This document shows, piece after piece, positions 21,201-34,428 of a stretch of DNA of 64,000 nucleotides. Every line of letters begins with the position of its first letter. Position 1 is the first letter of the stretch. Source of the DNA: an uncultured Actinomycetota bacterium (GTDB lineage: Bacteria; Actinomycetota; Actinomycetes; JAFAQI01); NCBI GenBank assembly GCA_963770565.1, contig CAVYQE010000001.1, positions 1,472,001 through 1,536,000 of the forward strand, read 5' to 3'. Position numbers and translations under genes: made by a program. Under the pieces are notes generated by a model. That model saw only the letters and a list, made by a program, of their open reading frames with translations. It made no database searches and had not been told where the DNA came from.

Positions 21201-22099
21201 TCGCGATCGTTGGACCGACCGCAACCGGCAAGTCGGCACTGGCGATCGCGGTCGCGACGCGGCTCGGCGGCGAGATCGTGAATGCCGACTCGATGCAGCT
21301 GTACCGAGGAATGGACGTCGGCACCGCGAAGCTTGCACCCGACGAGCGGGGTGGGATTGCCCATCACCTGCTCGACATTTGGCCGGTCACACAGACCGCG
21401 AGCGTGGCCGACTACCAGGCCCGCGGCCGCGCTTGCATCGATGAACTGCTCGCGCGCGACGTCACGCCCGTGCTCGTCGGCGGCAGCGGCCTCTATGTAC
21501 GCGCGGTGCTCGACCCGATCGAGTTCCCCGGCACCGATGCGGCGGTTCGCGGCGATCTCGAGGCCGAGCTCGGCGCGGCCGGCGCGCCCGCCTTGCACCG
21601 GCGCCTGGCCGAGGTCGATCCCGCCGCGGCGGCCGCGATCGCGCCCGAGAACGGCCGCAAGATCGTGCGCGCGCTCGAGGTGATCGCGCTGACCGGACGG
21701 CCGTTCACCGCCGCGCTTCCGGCGTACGACCAACCGCGGTACGACGCGGTCCAGATCGGGCTCGACCTGCCGACGCCGGCCCTCGACGAGCGGATCGAGG
21801 CCCGGGTCGCCGCGATGATCGACGCCGGGCTGGTCGCGGAGGTCGAAGGCCTGGCCGCGAACGGGTTGCGCGACGGGGTCACCGCATCGCGAGCGCTGGG
21901 CTACGCCCAGGTCCTGGCCGCGCTGGACGGCCGGACGACGATGGAGCAAGCGGTCGCGAAGACGGCGCAGGCCACCCGGCGCTTCGTCCGGCGGCAGCGC
22001 TCCTGGTTCCGCCGTGACCCGCGGATCCACTGGCTCGAGCCCGGCACCGCGGGCGCCGCGGCGCTTGCGGAACGGGCGATCGGCCTCGCCGCCGATTGA
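21188..22099 (+). CDS. miaA: tRNA dimethylallyltransferase MiaA
   Basis: [44 protein letters not shown]. Confidence 0.96.
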   Translation: MPRVVAIVGPTATGKSALAIAVATRLGGEIVNADSMQLYRGMDVGTAKLAPDERGGIAHHLLDIWPVTQTASVADYQARGRACIDELLARDVTPVLVGGSGLYVRAVLDPIEFPGTDAAVRGDLEAELGAAGAPALHRRLAEVDPAAAAAIAPENGRKIVRALEVIALTGRPFTAALPAYDQPRYDAVQIGLDLPTPALDERIEARVAAMIDAGLVAEVEGLAANGLRDGVTASRALGYAQVLAALDGRTTMEQAVAKTAQATRRFVRRQRSWFRRDPRIHWLEPGTAGAAALAERAIGLAAD

Positions 22100-22204
22100 G
22101 CCGTACGGCGTGTCGAACATGGCCATAACGGGTCATGTGGCAACGATCAAGGCCGGTCGATGCATCGGTCATGCGTCGATGGTGACGCGTGCGGGGAGGG
22201 GACC

Positions 22205-23038
22205 ATGTCGAGCGCTGACCTCGATCTCATGCCGGCGCTGGCGCGCGCCGTGGACGAGGACACGCTGGTCGTGCACTTCCAGCCCGAGGTGGACCTCGCC
22301 AGCGGGGCCGTGGTCGGCATGGAGGCGCTGGTCCGCTGGCAGCATCCGCAGCGCGGACTCCTGTGGCCGGTGGACTTCTTGTCGGTGGCCGACCGGGCCG
22401 GGCTGCTGCCGGTGCTCGGATGGGAGGTCCTGCGCCGCGGCGCGAAGGAGCTCGCGACCTGGAAGTCCTTGCCGCCGCTGGCCGACCACTCGCCCCGCCA
22501 GCTCTGGGTGAACGTCTCGGCGTCGCAGTTGCTCGAGGCCGACTTCGCCGAGCGGATCGCTGACCTGGTGGCCGAGTTCGATCTCGCGCCGGACACCCTC
22601 GGCCTTGAGCTGACCGACGAGACGCTGGCCACCGGGAGCCGGCACGCGCCCGCACTGATGGACGAGCTCCGCGGGGCCGGTGTCGTACTCGCCCTCGACG
22701 ACTTCGGCAGCTGGTATTCGGCGCTCGGCACCTTGGGAGAGCTGCCGATCGTCGCGGTCAAGCTGGACCGCGCCTTCGTGCGCGGTGTCGGCTCCGACCT
22801 GGAGGACGACTCGATCGTGTCGTCGGTGATCGCGCTCGCGCACGCGCACGGGGTGCGAGTGGTCGCCGAAGGGGTCGAGAGCTGGAGCGAAGGGGCCCGG
22901 CTCTGCGAGCTCGGATGCGATCGCGGGGTGGGCTACTTGTTCAGCGGTCCGCAGCTGGCCGAGCACGCCCGGCTGATGTTGGCGCACGGCGCGGGCTGGA
23001 CCGCTCCGACCGGCGGACGCCTACCCTGGCAGGTATGA
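22205..23038 (+). CDS. Stand-alone EAL domain protein
   Basis: HFQP.VDL, EALVRW.HP, VNVSA.QL, ALDDFG, KLDRAFV, AEGVE. Confidence 0.88.
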   Translation: MSSADLDLMPALARAVDEDTLVVHFQPEVDLASGAVVGMEALVRWQHPQRGLLWPVDFLSVADRAGLLPVLGWEVLRRGAKELATWKSLPPLADHSPRQLWVNVSASQLLEADFAERIADLVAEFDLAPDTLGLELTDETLATGSRHAPALMDELRGAGVVLALDDFGSWYSALGTLGELPIVAVKLDRAFVRGVGSDLEDDSIVSSVIALAHAHGVRVVAEGVESWSEGARLCELGCDRGVGYLFSGPQLAEHARLMLAHGAGWTAPTGGRLPWQV

Positions 23039-23859
23039 ACGTCGGCAGCCTCGCCTTTGTCAAAGGCCATGGCACGGAGAACGACTTCATCGTGCTGCCC
23101 GACGTCGACGGAGAGCTCGACGCCGATCTGGTACGCGCCCTCTGCGACCGCTATGCGGGCATCGGCGCCGACGGCGTGCTCGCCGTCGGCCGCGACGGCG
23201 ATGCCTTCTTCATGGACTACCGCAATGCCGACGGTTCGATCGCGGAGACCTGCGGGAACGGCATCCGGGTCTTTGCCCGCTACCTGGTCGAGGCGGGTCT
23301 GAGCCCGGCCGGCGTGATGACGATCGGCACCCGCAGCGGGCCGCGCGTGGTGACGGTGCCAGCCGACGGCGGCGACATCACCGTCGACATGGGCTTTGCC
23401 GCCCGGATCGATGACGCCGAGGTCGGCGTCGGCTCGTCGTCGTGGAAGGCGAGCGGCTGGTCGATGGGCAATCCACACCTCGTCGTCGTGGATGCCGCGC
23501 CGATCGACGCCGTCGACCTGTCGGTGCCACCGACGATCGAACCGGCGACTGCGTATCCGGATGGCGTCAACGTTGAATTGCTCGAGTCGATCGGGCCGCA
23601 CCACCTGCGGATGCGGGTGCACGAGCGCGGGGTCGGCGAAACCCGGTCCTGTGGCTCGGGTGCCTGCGCAGCCGCGGTCGCTGCGATGGATGCCGCCGGC
23701 GAGCGCACGTCGTACGTCGTCGACGTGCTCGGTGGACGCTTGATCGTGGAGTGGCGTGAGGACGGCTCGGTGCTGATGACCGGGCCGGCGGTCCTGGTCG
23801 GCTCGGGAACGGTCGACGTGGGCGCGCTGCGCCGGGCCGAAATCGAGTCGTCGGCGTGA
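23035..23859 (+). CDS. dapF: Diaminopimelate epimerase
   Basis: KGHGTENDF, GIGADG, NADGS.AETCGNG, MGNPH, ERGVGETRSCGSG. Confidence 0.95.
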   Translation: MNVGSLAFVKGHGTENDFIVLPDVDGELDADLVRALCDRYAGIGADGVLAVGRDGDAFFMDYRNADGSIAETCGNGIRVFARYLVEAGLSPAGVMTIGTRSGPRVVTVPADGGDITVDMGFAARIDDAEVGVGSSSWKASGWSMGNPHLVVVDAAPIDAVDLSVPPTIEPATAYPDGVNVELLESIGPHHLRMRVHERGVGETRSCGSGACAAAVAAMDAAGERTSYVVDVLGGRLIVEWREDGSVLMTGPAVLVGSGTVDVGALRRAEIESSA

Positions 23860-23884
23860 TGAGTGCGTGCCACCATGGTCTTCG

Positions 23885-25276
23885 ATGACCGCTGAACCGC
23901 TGGAACCCCACGACATCGTCGGCCTGGAGCTCGAGGAGCGCCAGGCGCTTCGGCGGGTCCAGGGGATCTCGACCGAGCTCGCCGACGTCACCGAGGTCGA
24001 ATACCGCCAGCTGCGGCTCGAGCGCGTGGTGCTGGTGGGGGTATGGACCGACGGGACGCTCGAGTCGGCCGAGGCGTCGATGGCCGAACTGGCCGCGCTC
24101 GCCGAGACCGCCGGCTCGATGGTGCTCGAGGGCCTGATCCAGCGCCGTACGACGCCGGACTCGGCCACCTTCATCGGATCAGGCAAGGCCAAGGAGCTGC
24201 GCGACATCGTGGCGTCGAGCGGCGCCGACACCGTGGTCTGCGATGGAGAGCTCACGCCGAGCCAGCTCCGCCGACTCGAGGACGTGGTGAAGGTCAAGGT
24301 CGTCGACCGGACCGCGCTGATCCTCGACATCTTTGCCCAGCACGCGCGCAGCAAGGAGGGCAAGGCGCAGGTCGAGCTGGCCCAGCTCGAGTACATGCTG
24401 CCGAGACTGCGCGGCTGGGGCGAGTCGTTGTCACGGCAGGCCGGTGGCCGAGTGGCCGGCGGCGGCGGGATCGGGACGCGCGGTCCCGGCGAGACCAAGA
24501 TCGAGACCGACCGGCGCCGGATCCGCGCGCGGACCGCCAAGCTGCGGCGCGAGATCGCGGGGATGCGTACCGCCCGCGACGTCAAGCGGCAGGAGCGCCG
24601 ACGCCGATCCGTGCCATCGGTGGTGATCGCCGGTTACACCAACGCGGGCAAGTCCTCGCTGCTCAACCAGCTGACCGACGCCGGGGTGCTGGTCGAGGAC
24701 GCGCTGTTCGCCACCCTGGATCCGACCGTCCGGCGGGCCGAGACGGCCGATGGGCGTGGGTTCACCGTGGCCGACACGGTCGGGTTCGTTCGGCACCTGC
24801 CGCACCAGCTGGTCGAGGCGTTCCGTTCGACCCTGGAGGAAGTGGCTCAGGCGGACCTGATCGTGCATGTGGTCGACGGCTCCGATGCCGAGCCGGCGTC
24901 ACAGCTCGCGGCGGTGCGCGAGGTGTTCGCGGACATCGATGCGCTCGACGTCCCCGAGCTGGTGGTGATCAACAAGGCCGATATCGCCGATCCGGACGTC
25001 ATGGCGCAGCTGCGGCGGGCCGAGCCGACGGCGTGCGTGGTCTCGGCGCGGACCGGTGCCGGGCTGGACGAGCTGCGCGCACGGCTGAGCGACCTGCTCC
25101 CGCGTCCGGATATCCCGATGACGTTGCTCATTCCGTTTGCCAACGGCGACGTGGTCTCGCGGGTGCATCAGCACGGGGAGATCAAGGCGGTTTCCCATAC
25201 TGCCGAGGGAACCCGCATGGAAGCACGCCTACCGGCCTGGCTGGCCGGCGAAGTGGCGTCGTACGCGGTCCAGTGA
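23885..25276 (+). CDS. hflX: GTPase HflX
   Basis: ILDIFAQHA, GTRGPGETKIE, GYTNAGKSS, LFATLDPT, DTVGF, NKAD. Confidence 0.96.
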   Translation: MTAEPLEPHDIVGLELEERQALRRVQGISTELADVTEVEYRQLRLERVVLVGVWTDGTLESAEASMAELAALAETAGSMVLEGLIQRRTTPDSATFIGSGKAKELRDIVASSGADTVVCDGELTPSQLRRLEDVVKVKVVDRTALILDIFAQHARSKEGKAQVELAQLEYMLPRLRGWGESLSRQAGGRVAGGGGIGTRGPGETKIETDRRRIRARTAKLRREIAGMRTARDVKRQERRRRSVPSVVIAGYTNAGKSSLLNQLTDAGVLVEDALFATLDPTVRRAETADGRGFTVADTVGFVRHLPHQLVEAFRSTLEEVAQADLIVHVVDGSDAEPASQLAAVREVFADIDALDVPELVVINKADIADPDVMAQLRRAEPTACVVSARTGAGLDELRARLSDLLPRPDIPMTLLIPFANGDVVSRVHQHGEIKAVSHTAEGTRMEARLPAWLAGEVASYAVQ

Positions 25277-26307
25277 GGTCCGTCGCGCTGCTCGCGGTCG
25301 GACTCGCGGTCGCTGTGGGCCTCGCCACGCCCAGCGCTGCGGCGGCGGCCCAGCACGCCCATTCGGCTGACAAGCCGAACCCGGTCGCCGACCCCGCGCA
25401 GAACACCTCGCCGAGCGCCGCCTTCGTCGACGCCTGTTCGGGGATGGGCACCACCGTCGCGGCCAACCGCACCTGCGACAAGGCGGCGCTGCGCGACTTC
25501 GACAAGGTGCGCAAGGGCGAGGGCCTCGGACCGATGACGTTGCCGGGTGACTTCGCCAGCCTGTCCGTGGCCAGCCAGCTGCTCGCGATCTCGAACATCG
25601 AACGGGTCGACCGCGGCCGCCGCGCGGTGCTCGGCCGGTCAAAGTCGCTCGACACGCTGGCCCGTCAAGGTGCCAAGCAGGATCGCGACCCGGACTTCCC
25701 GAACGGCTGCAACTGCGCGGGGGGCGCCAACTGGGCCTCAGCCGGCAACTCGGCGCTGCTCGACGACTTCTACTGGATGTACGACGACGGGCCGGGTTCG
25801 TTCAACGAGGATTGCCAGCATGCGGGTGACCCGGGCTGCTGGGGACACCGCCACGACATCATCAACGCCTACCCGGCCCCCGTGGTGATGGGCGCGGCGG
25901 CGGCGTACGGCACCCAGTACAACACGTCGATGACCGAGGAGTTCATCGGTGGTAACGCCAGCTTCAAGGTCAACGTGTCGCCGACCTGGCACGCGATCGC
26001 CATGACGTTCCCGATCAGGATCGCGATCTCGGCGAGCCGGTCGACCGTCTCCTCCGGCGCGGCCGTGACGGTGTCCGGCGCGCTCACCCGGGCGGTCGTG
26101 CACTCGGCGGTCGCCAAGCAGGTCGTGCAGTTGCAGCACCGGGTCGCCGGTCACTGGGTCGCGCTGACGCGTGCCTCGACCGGCGCGCACGGGGTGGTGC
26201 GGTTCCGGCTGCATCCGACGAAGTCCTCGTCGTACCGGCTGGTGGCGCTGGCCAGCAGCGGTGCTCACCTTGCGGCGAGCACGGCGCTCGCGATCGCGGT
26301 GGCTTAG
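25273..26307 (+). CDS. Secreted protein with CAP/SCP-like N-terminal region and beta-rich C-terminal domain
   Basis: Signal peptide [13 protein letters not shown]...[19 protein letters not shown]...[12 protein letters not shown] overlaps hflX stop. Confidence 0.65.
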   Translation: MRSVALLAVGLAVAVGLATPSAAAAAQHAHSADKPNPVADPAQNTSPSAAFVDACSGMGTTVAANRTCDKAALRDFDKVRKGEGLGPMTLPGDFASLSVASQLLAISNIERVDRGRRAVLGRSKSLDTLARQGAKQDRDPDFPNGCNCAGGANWASAGNSALLDDFYWMYDDGPGSFNEDCQHAGDPGCWGHRHDIINAYPAPVVMGAAAAYGTQYNTSMTEEFIGGNASFKVNVSPTWHAIAMTFPIRIAISASRSTVSSGAAVTVSGALTRAVVHSAVAKQVVQLQHRVAGHWVALTRASTGAHGVVRFRLHPTKSSSYRLVALASSGAHLAASTALAIAVA

Positions 26308-27035
26308 ACCCTTCGCAGCACCGCGGTGACCCGGCCCAGGATGGTCGCGTCGTCACCGTCGATCGGTGAGTAGTCGGGGTTGTGGGGGAGCAGCCAGACG
26401 TGGCCGTCCTTGCGGCTGAGCGTCTTCACCGTCGCTTCGTTGTCGAGCAGTGCCGCGACGATCTGGCCCGGGTCGGCGTCGGGCTGGCGGCGGACCACGA
26501 CCCAGTCGCCGTCGGTGATCGCGGCGTCGATCATCGAGTCACCCACGACCTGCAGCAGGAACAGCTCGCCGTCGCCGACGATCTGGCGGGGGAGCGCGAA
26601 CACGTCCTCGACCGCCTGCTCGGCGAGGATCGGGCCGCCGGCCGCGATCCGGCCGAGGACCGGCACATACGCCGGGGTCGGGCGGTCGTCGCCCTCGCCG
26701 GTCGGGTCGTCGGGCACGCCGGCCGGGACCTTGACCTCGACCGCGCGCGGCCGGTTGGCGTCGCGGCGCAGGTAGCCCTTGCGCTCGAGCGTCGTCAGCT
26801 GGTGCGCGACGCTCGAGGTCGAGGTCAGCCCGACCGCCTCGCCGATCTCGCGCATCGACGGGGGATAGCCGCGGCTGACCACCGAGTCGCGGATGACCTC
26901 GAGAACCTTGCGCTGGCGGGGGGTGAGTCCGGTGGCGTCCGGCGGGCCGTCCGGGATCTCGCTGACCGGGTTGGCGGCGTCCTTGCTGCCCTTGCCGCCC
27001 CGGTTGCCGCTGCCTGCGTCGCTGCTCTTGGTCAT
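26304..27035 (-). CDS. lexA: SOS repressor LexA
   Basis: [32 protein letters not shown] cleavage site, GDSM, EATVK. Confidence 0.97.
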   Translation of the reverse strand: MTKSSDAGSGNRGGKGSKDAANPVSEIPDGPPDATGLTPRQRKVLEVIRDSVVSRGYPPSMREIGEAVGLTSTSSVAHQLTTLERKGYLRRDANRPRAVEVKVPAGVPDDPTGEGDDRPTPAYVPVLGRIAAGGPILAEQAVEDVFALPRQIVGDGELFLLQVVGDSMIDAAITDGDWVVVRRQPDADPGQIVAALLDNEATVKTLSRKDGHVWLLPHNPDYSPIDGDDATILGRVTAVLRRV

Positions 27036-27066
27036 GAACGCACCGTAGCCATCCGGCGACCCGGAT

Positions 27067-27150
27067 TCAAACACCTGTTCGAACGTGTCGCGATTTTGTC
27101 GCCGGGCCGTGTTATAACTCGTACAGGCGTTCGATCGAACGTAGGTTCGA
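27067..27150. promoter_or_regulatory. Three LexA boxes in lexA / LysM divergent promoter
   Basis: TCAAAC-ACCT-GTTCGA (27067-27082), TCGTAC-AGGC-GTTCGA (27119-27134), TCGAAC-GTAG-GTTCGA (27135-27150). Confidence 0.88.
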
Positions 27151-27164
27151 GTGAGCGACCGTCG

Positions 27165-27230
27165 GGAATGGATCCGGAATGGATCCGGAATGGATCCGGA
27201 ATGGGTCCGGAATGGGTCCGGAATGGATGC
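27165..27230 (+). repeat. 11-bp tandem repeat x6 (GGAATGGRTSC)
   Basis: GGAATGGATCC x3, GGAATGGGTCC x2, GGAATGGATGC x1, immediately followed by GGAGG RBS. Confidence 0.95.
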
Positions 27231-27241
27231 GGAGGACGACG

Positions 27242-27565
27242 ATGACAACCAAGACCCTGGAACGTCGATCGCCGGTGCGGCTGACCCGACGGGGCAGGTT
27301 CGCGCTCGTGCTGAGCGTGATGGTCGCGCTGGTCGTCGCCGGCTTCGGCCTCGGGCGTTCGGAGAGCTTGGCGGCCGGCCGGGTCCATCCGCCGGCCCGG
27401 CACACGGTGGTGGTCCAGGCCGGTGAGACCTTGTGGTCGGTCGCCGTGCGGGCCGAGCCGAACGTCGATCCCCGGCGCGTGGTGGCCGAGATCGAGGCCG
27501 CCAACCACCTGCGAACCGCGGCGGTCGAGCCCGGCGAGCAGCTGGTGCTGCCGAACCGGGGGTAG
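27242..27565 (+). CDS. LysM-domain membrane protein, probable SOS-induced cell-division inhibitor (ChiZ/DivS/YneA-like)
   Basis: RLTRRGR + TM helix + Lys[14 protein letters not shown]...PGEQLVLP; divergent from lexA and upstream of nrdR as in mycobacteria and corynebacteria. Confidence 0.85.
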   Translation: MTTKTLERRSPVRLTRRGRFALVLSVMVALVVAGFGLGRSESLAAGRVHPPARHTVVVQAGETLWSVAVRAEPNVDPRRVVAEIEAANHLRTAAVEPGEQLVLPNRG

Positions 27566-27635
27566 TCGCCCGACACGCCGGGAAAACTTCCGCGGTAGTG
27601 CTTGCGCGAATGGGTCGGACGACGTAGCGTTCGCT

Positions 27636-27651
27636 CCCCAACATCTTGTGT
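27636..27651. promoter_or_regulatory. NrdR box
   Basis: CCCCAACATCTTGTGT matches consensus acaCwAtATaTwGtgt; upstream of nrdR-nrdJ. Confidence 0.75.
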
Positions 27652-27666
27652 TACACCGTTGTAGTT

Positions 27667-27710
27667 TCCTCCACAGGTTGTGGAACACCGGATCCACAGG
27701 GTGTGGATCA
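27667..27710. promoter_or_regulatory. Two inverted pairs of DnaA-box-like motifs
   Basis: TCCTCCACA-GGT-TGTGGAACA and GGATCCACA-GGG-TGTGGATCA, each TCCACA-N3-TGTGGA. Confidence 0.5.
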
Positions 27711-27748
27711 CAGAACCGTTATCGGCGTGGGTCGGAGGTGAGAAAGCG

Positions 27749-28249
27749 ATGCATTGTCCGTTCTGTCGCTTTCCTGACTCCCGCGTCGTCGATTCCCGCG
27801 AGACCGAGGACGGCGCGGCGATCCGCCGCCGCCGGTCCTGCCCGGAGTGTGGCCGCCGGTTCACCACGCTCGAGACCGCGAGCCTGAGCGTGGTCAAGCG
27901 GTCCGGCGCCTGCGAGCCGTTCAGCCGGGCCAAGGTGATCGACGGCGTCCGCAAGGCCTGTTCGGGGCGCCCGGTCGACGAGGACGCGCTGGCCCGCCTC
28001 GGCCAGCAGGTCGAGGAGACGATCCGGGCCAGCGGCCTGGCCGAGATCCCGGCGCACGAGGTCGGGCTGGCGATCCTGGAGCCGCTCAGCGCCCTGGACG
28101 AGGTCGCCTACATCCGCTTCGCCAGCGTCTACCGCAACTTCACCTCGCTCGACGACTTCGTGATCGAGGTGGCCGCAATTCGTGAGCAGGACCGGCCCGA
28201 TACCACCCCCGAGCCGGGAGTGCTCCCGGCCGCCCCAGCGTTGAACTAA
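27749..28249 (+). CDS. nrdR: Transcriptional repressor NrdR
   Basis: MHCPFC...SRVVDSR...[20 protein letters not shown] cone, [12 protein letters not shown]. Confidence 0.97.
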   Translation: MHCPFCRFPDSRVVDSRETEDGAAIRRRRSCPECGRRFTTLETASLSVVKRSGACEPFSRAKVIDGVRKACSGRPVDEDALARLGQQVEETIRASGLAEIPAHEVGLAILEPLSALDEVAYIRFASVYRNFTSLDDFVIEVAAIREQDRPDTTPEPGVLPAAPALN

Positions 28250-28270
28250 AAAGCACCCGAAAGGACTTCG

Positions 28271-32137
<3,867 letters not shown>

Positions 32138-32262
32138 GCCACCGTCAGGCGGCTTGTTCGGAGCGCCGCGAGTTGTGACCTTGTGCCCTGGTGAGCGGTG
32201 TTCGCTGCCGATAACGTGCGTCCTCGGCGCAGTCCGACGCCAGGTACATCGAGGTGGTTGTC

Positions 32263-33108
32263 ATGCCCCAACGGGTCCGCTCGATTGTCTTCGCCGCGGT
32301 GGCAATCGCGGCCATGATGCTCAGCACGACGGGTAACAGCACCGCTGCTTCGGCGGTGGGGCGCTCGGCCCGCTCCACTGCGCAGGTGTCCGTCTCACCG
32401 TGGCGTGGACTGGCCGCTGGTGACACGATCAGGGTCTACGCGCCGGGGATCACGCCGCTCGCGTCGGTGCGGGTGATCCAGTGCGATGCCTATCTCGGCG
32501 ACCCCGATCAGGACTGCAATACCGCGCTGACGACCACCGCCAGTGCGAGCGGCGTCGTGTGGACCACGCTGACCCTTCGCGACCCGGTCTACGAGGCACG
32601 GGGAGACGCAAGCCCGAGGCCGGTCTACTGCCGCGCCGACCAATGTCGGATCTTCCTGGTCTGGACCGATTCGGGCGGCAACGAGCAGGTCAAGCAGTCC
32701 ACCCGGCTGCGGTTCCCAGGGCTGCCCGCCACGGTCGCGATAACGCCGGCTCAACAGGTGTACCGGAATCAGACCGTTCAGGTGACTGGCACTGCGCACG
32801 GCGCGCAGGGGCGCCGGGTACAGATCTTCGAGGAGGCCTGTTACAACATCATTCAGGGCTGGGGGTGCGAAGACCAGGGGAAGGTCCGCACTACCAAGGT
32901 CAACAGCCATGGTTCGTTCGCCATCAGTTACGTCGTTCACCGCTTCTTCTCGCGTGGGGATCAGACCTTTGACTGCAACGACATCGCGCCGCTGTACTGC
33001 GAGGTGACGGCCGTCGTGCTGAACAGCGACGGGCAGCCGGACGACACCTTCGGGGTTGCGAACTACGGCCAACCGGCGGCGTTGCTGAGCTTCCTCACCG
33101 GTATGTGA
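32263..33108 (+). CDS. Secreted protein with two neocarzinostatin-apoprotein-like Ig domains
   Basis: Signal peptide; VSVSPWRGLAAGDTIRV...IQC..C...C...C.I and a second unit VAITPAQQVYRNQTVQVTG...C...C. Confidence 0.55.
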   Translation: MPQRVRSIVFAAVAIAAMMLSTTGNSTAASAVGRSARSTAQVSVSPWRGLAAGDTIRVYAPGITPLASVRVIQCDAYLGDPDQDCNTALTTTASASGVVWTTLTLRDPVYEARGDASPRPVYCRADQCRIFLVWTDSGGNEQVKQSTRLRFPGLPATVAITPAQQVYRNQTVQVTGTAHGAQGRRVQIFEEACYNIIQGWGCEDQGKVRTTKVNSHGSFAISYVVHRFFSRGDQTFDCNDIAPLYCEVTAVVLNSDGQPDDTFGVANYGQPAALLSFLTGM

Positions 33109-33117
33109 GCCCGAGGA

Positions 33118-34419
33118 TCAGGGGCCGAGCACCTGGTCGGTGTAGGCGTTGGTGAAGGTGCGCTTCGGATCGACGGTGTCGCGGACGGCCATCGCCTCGG
33201 CGAAGCGGGGGTAGCGAGCGCGCACCTCCGCCGCGTCGAGGTCGTGCATCTTGCCCCAGTGCGGCCGGCCGCCGAGGTCCTTGGCGATCGCCTCGACCGC
33301 ACTGAAGTACTCGGTGTGATCGAGCCGGTGGTACTGGTGGACCGCGACGTAGCCGGTCGGACGTTCATACGCCGTCGACAGCCAGATGTCGTCGGCGGCC
33401 GCGACTCGCACCTCGATCGGGAATGAGATCCGAGCGCCGGTCCGGTCGATCCAGTCCTTGATCCCGTGCACCAGCTCAACCGTCTGCTCGCGGGGGACCG
33501 CCCACTCGGTCTCTCGGAAGCGAACCCGGCGCGGTGAGACGAACACCCGGTGCGACACATCGGTGAAAGTGCGTGCTGACAGCGCCTTCGCCGCGGTCCG
33601 GTTCAGACCCGGTACGGCGCTGGGCGCTCGCGACGCCACCTGCTGCACCACCTCGAACACGCCGTTGGTGAGAAGTTCGTCGTCCAGCCACTCGCGCCAC
33701 TTCGGCAGTGGTGCACCCGCACCCGGTTGCGCCCGGTTGTTGCGCTTGGTCAGTGCGACATCGGTGTGCGGGAACCAGTAGAACTCAAAGTGTTCGTTGC
33801 CGTCAGCGAGCGGGTCGAAGTTCGACAGCACGTCCTCGAGCGGCATCGGCGCCTCGACCGCGGTCAGCCGAAACAACGGCTCGCACTGCACCGTGATCTC
33901 GGTGATGACGCCGAACGCACCCAGCCCGACCCGCGCCGCCGCGAACAACGCCGGCTCAACCGACTCCGAGCACTCGACGATCTCGCCGGTCCCGGTCACG
34001 ATCTGCATCGACCGCACCTGCGTCGCCAGGCCGCCGAGCCGCGCGCCGGTTCCGTGCGTGCCGGTCGAGATCGCGCCGGCCAGGCTCTGCGCGTCGATGT
34101 CGCCGAGATTGGTCATGGACAAGCCGCGCGCTTCGAGCTCGAGATTGAGCTGGTGCAACCGAATCCCGCCTCCGACCCGGACCAGGCCAGTGCTGACATC
34201 CGCGGACTCGACCCGGTCGAGCCGGTCGAGGCTGAGCTGGATGTCGTCCGCTACTGCGGCGCCGGTGAAACTGTGGCCGGCGCCGACCGCGCGCACCCGC
34301 CGACCACCTTCAGCGGCCCGCCGTACGACGTCCACAACCCCGGCTGCATCACCCGGCGTGACGACCTCACGCGGCGTGACGGAGTGGTTGCGGGCCCAGT
34401 TCTGCCACGGCTTCGTCAC
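33118..34419 (-). CDS. FAD-linked sugar-lactone oxidase (D-arabinono-1,4-lactone/gulonolactone oxidase family)
   Basis: WQNWA, VGAGHSF, LGDID.QS.AGA.STGTHGTG, FPIEVR, GRPHWGK. Confidence 0.88.
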   Translation of the reverse strand: MTKPWQNWARNHSVTPREVVTPGDAAGVVDVVRRAAEGGRRVRAVGAGHSFTGAAVADDIQLSLDRLDRVESADVSTGLVRVGGGIRLHQLNLELEARGLSMTNLGDIDAQSLAGAISTGTHGTGARLGGLATQVRSMQIVTGTGEIVECSESVEPALFAAARVGLGAFGVITEITVQCEPLFRLTAVEAPMPLEDVLSNFDPLADGNEHFEFYWFPHTDVALTKRNNRAQPGAGAPLPKWREWLDDELLTNGVFEVVQQVASRAPSAVPGLNRTAAKALSARTFTDVSHRVFVSPRRVRFRETEWAVPREQTVELVHGIKDWIDRTGARISFPIEVRVAAADDIWLSTAYERPTGYVAVHQYHRLDHTEYFSAVEAIAKDLGGRPHWGKMHDLDAAEVRARYPRFAEAMAVRDTVDPKRTFTNAYTDQVLGP

Positions 34420-34428
34420 GCGGCAACC

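Noticed and set aside
24043-25272. N-terminal 410 aa of the 754-aa ORF overlapping hflX
   Set aside because: Arg/Gly-rich off-frame read; the real gene starts at GTG 25273 with a signal peptide.
27036-27644. Long N-terminal extension of LexA in the ORF track
   Set aside because: It runs through SOS boxes, the tandem repeat and the antisense LysM gene; ATG 27035 is more plausible.
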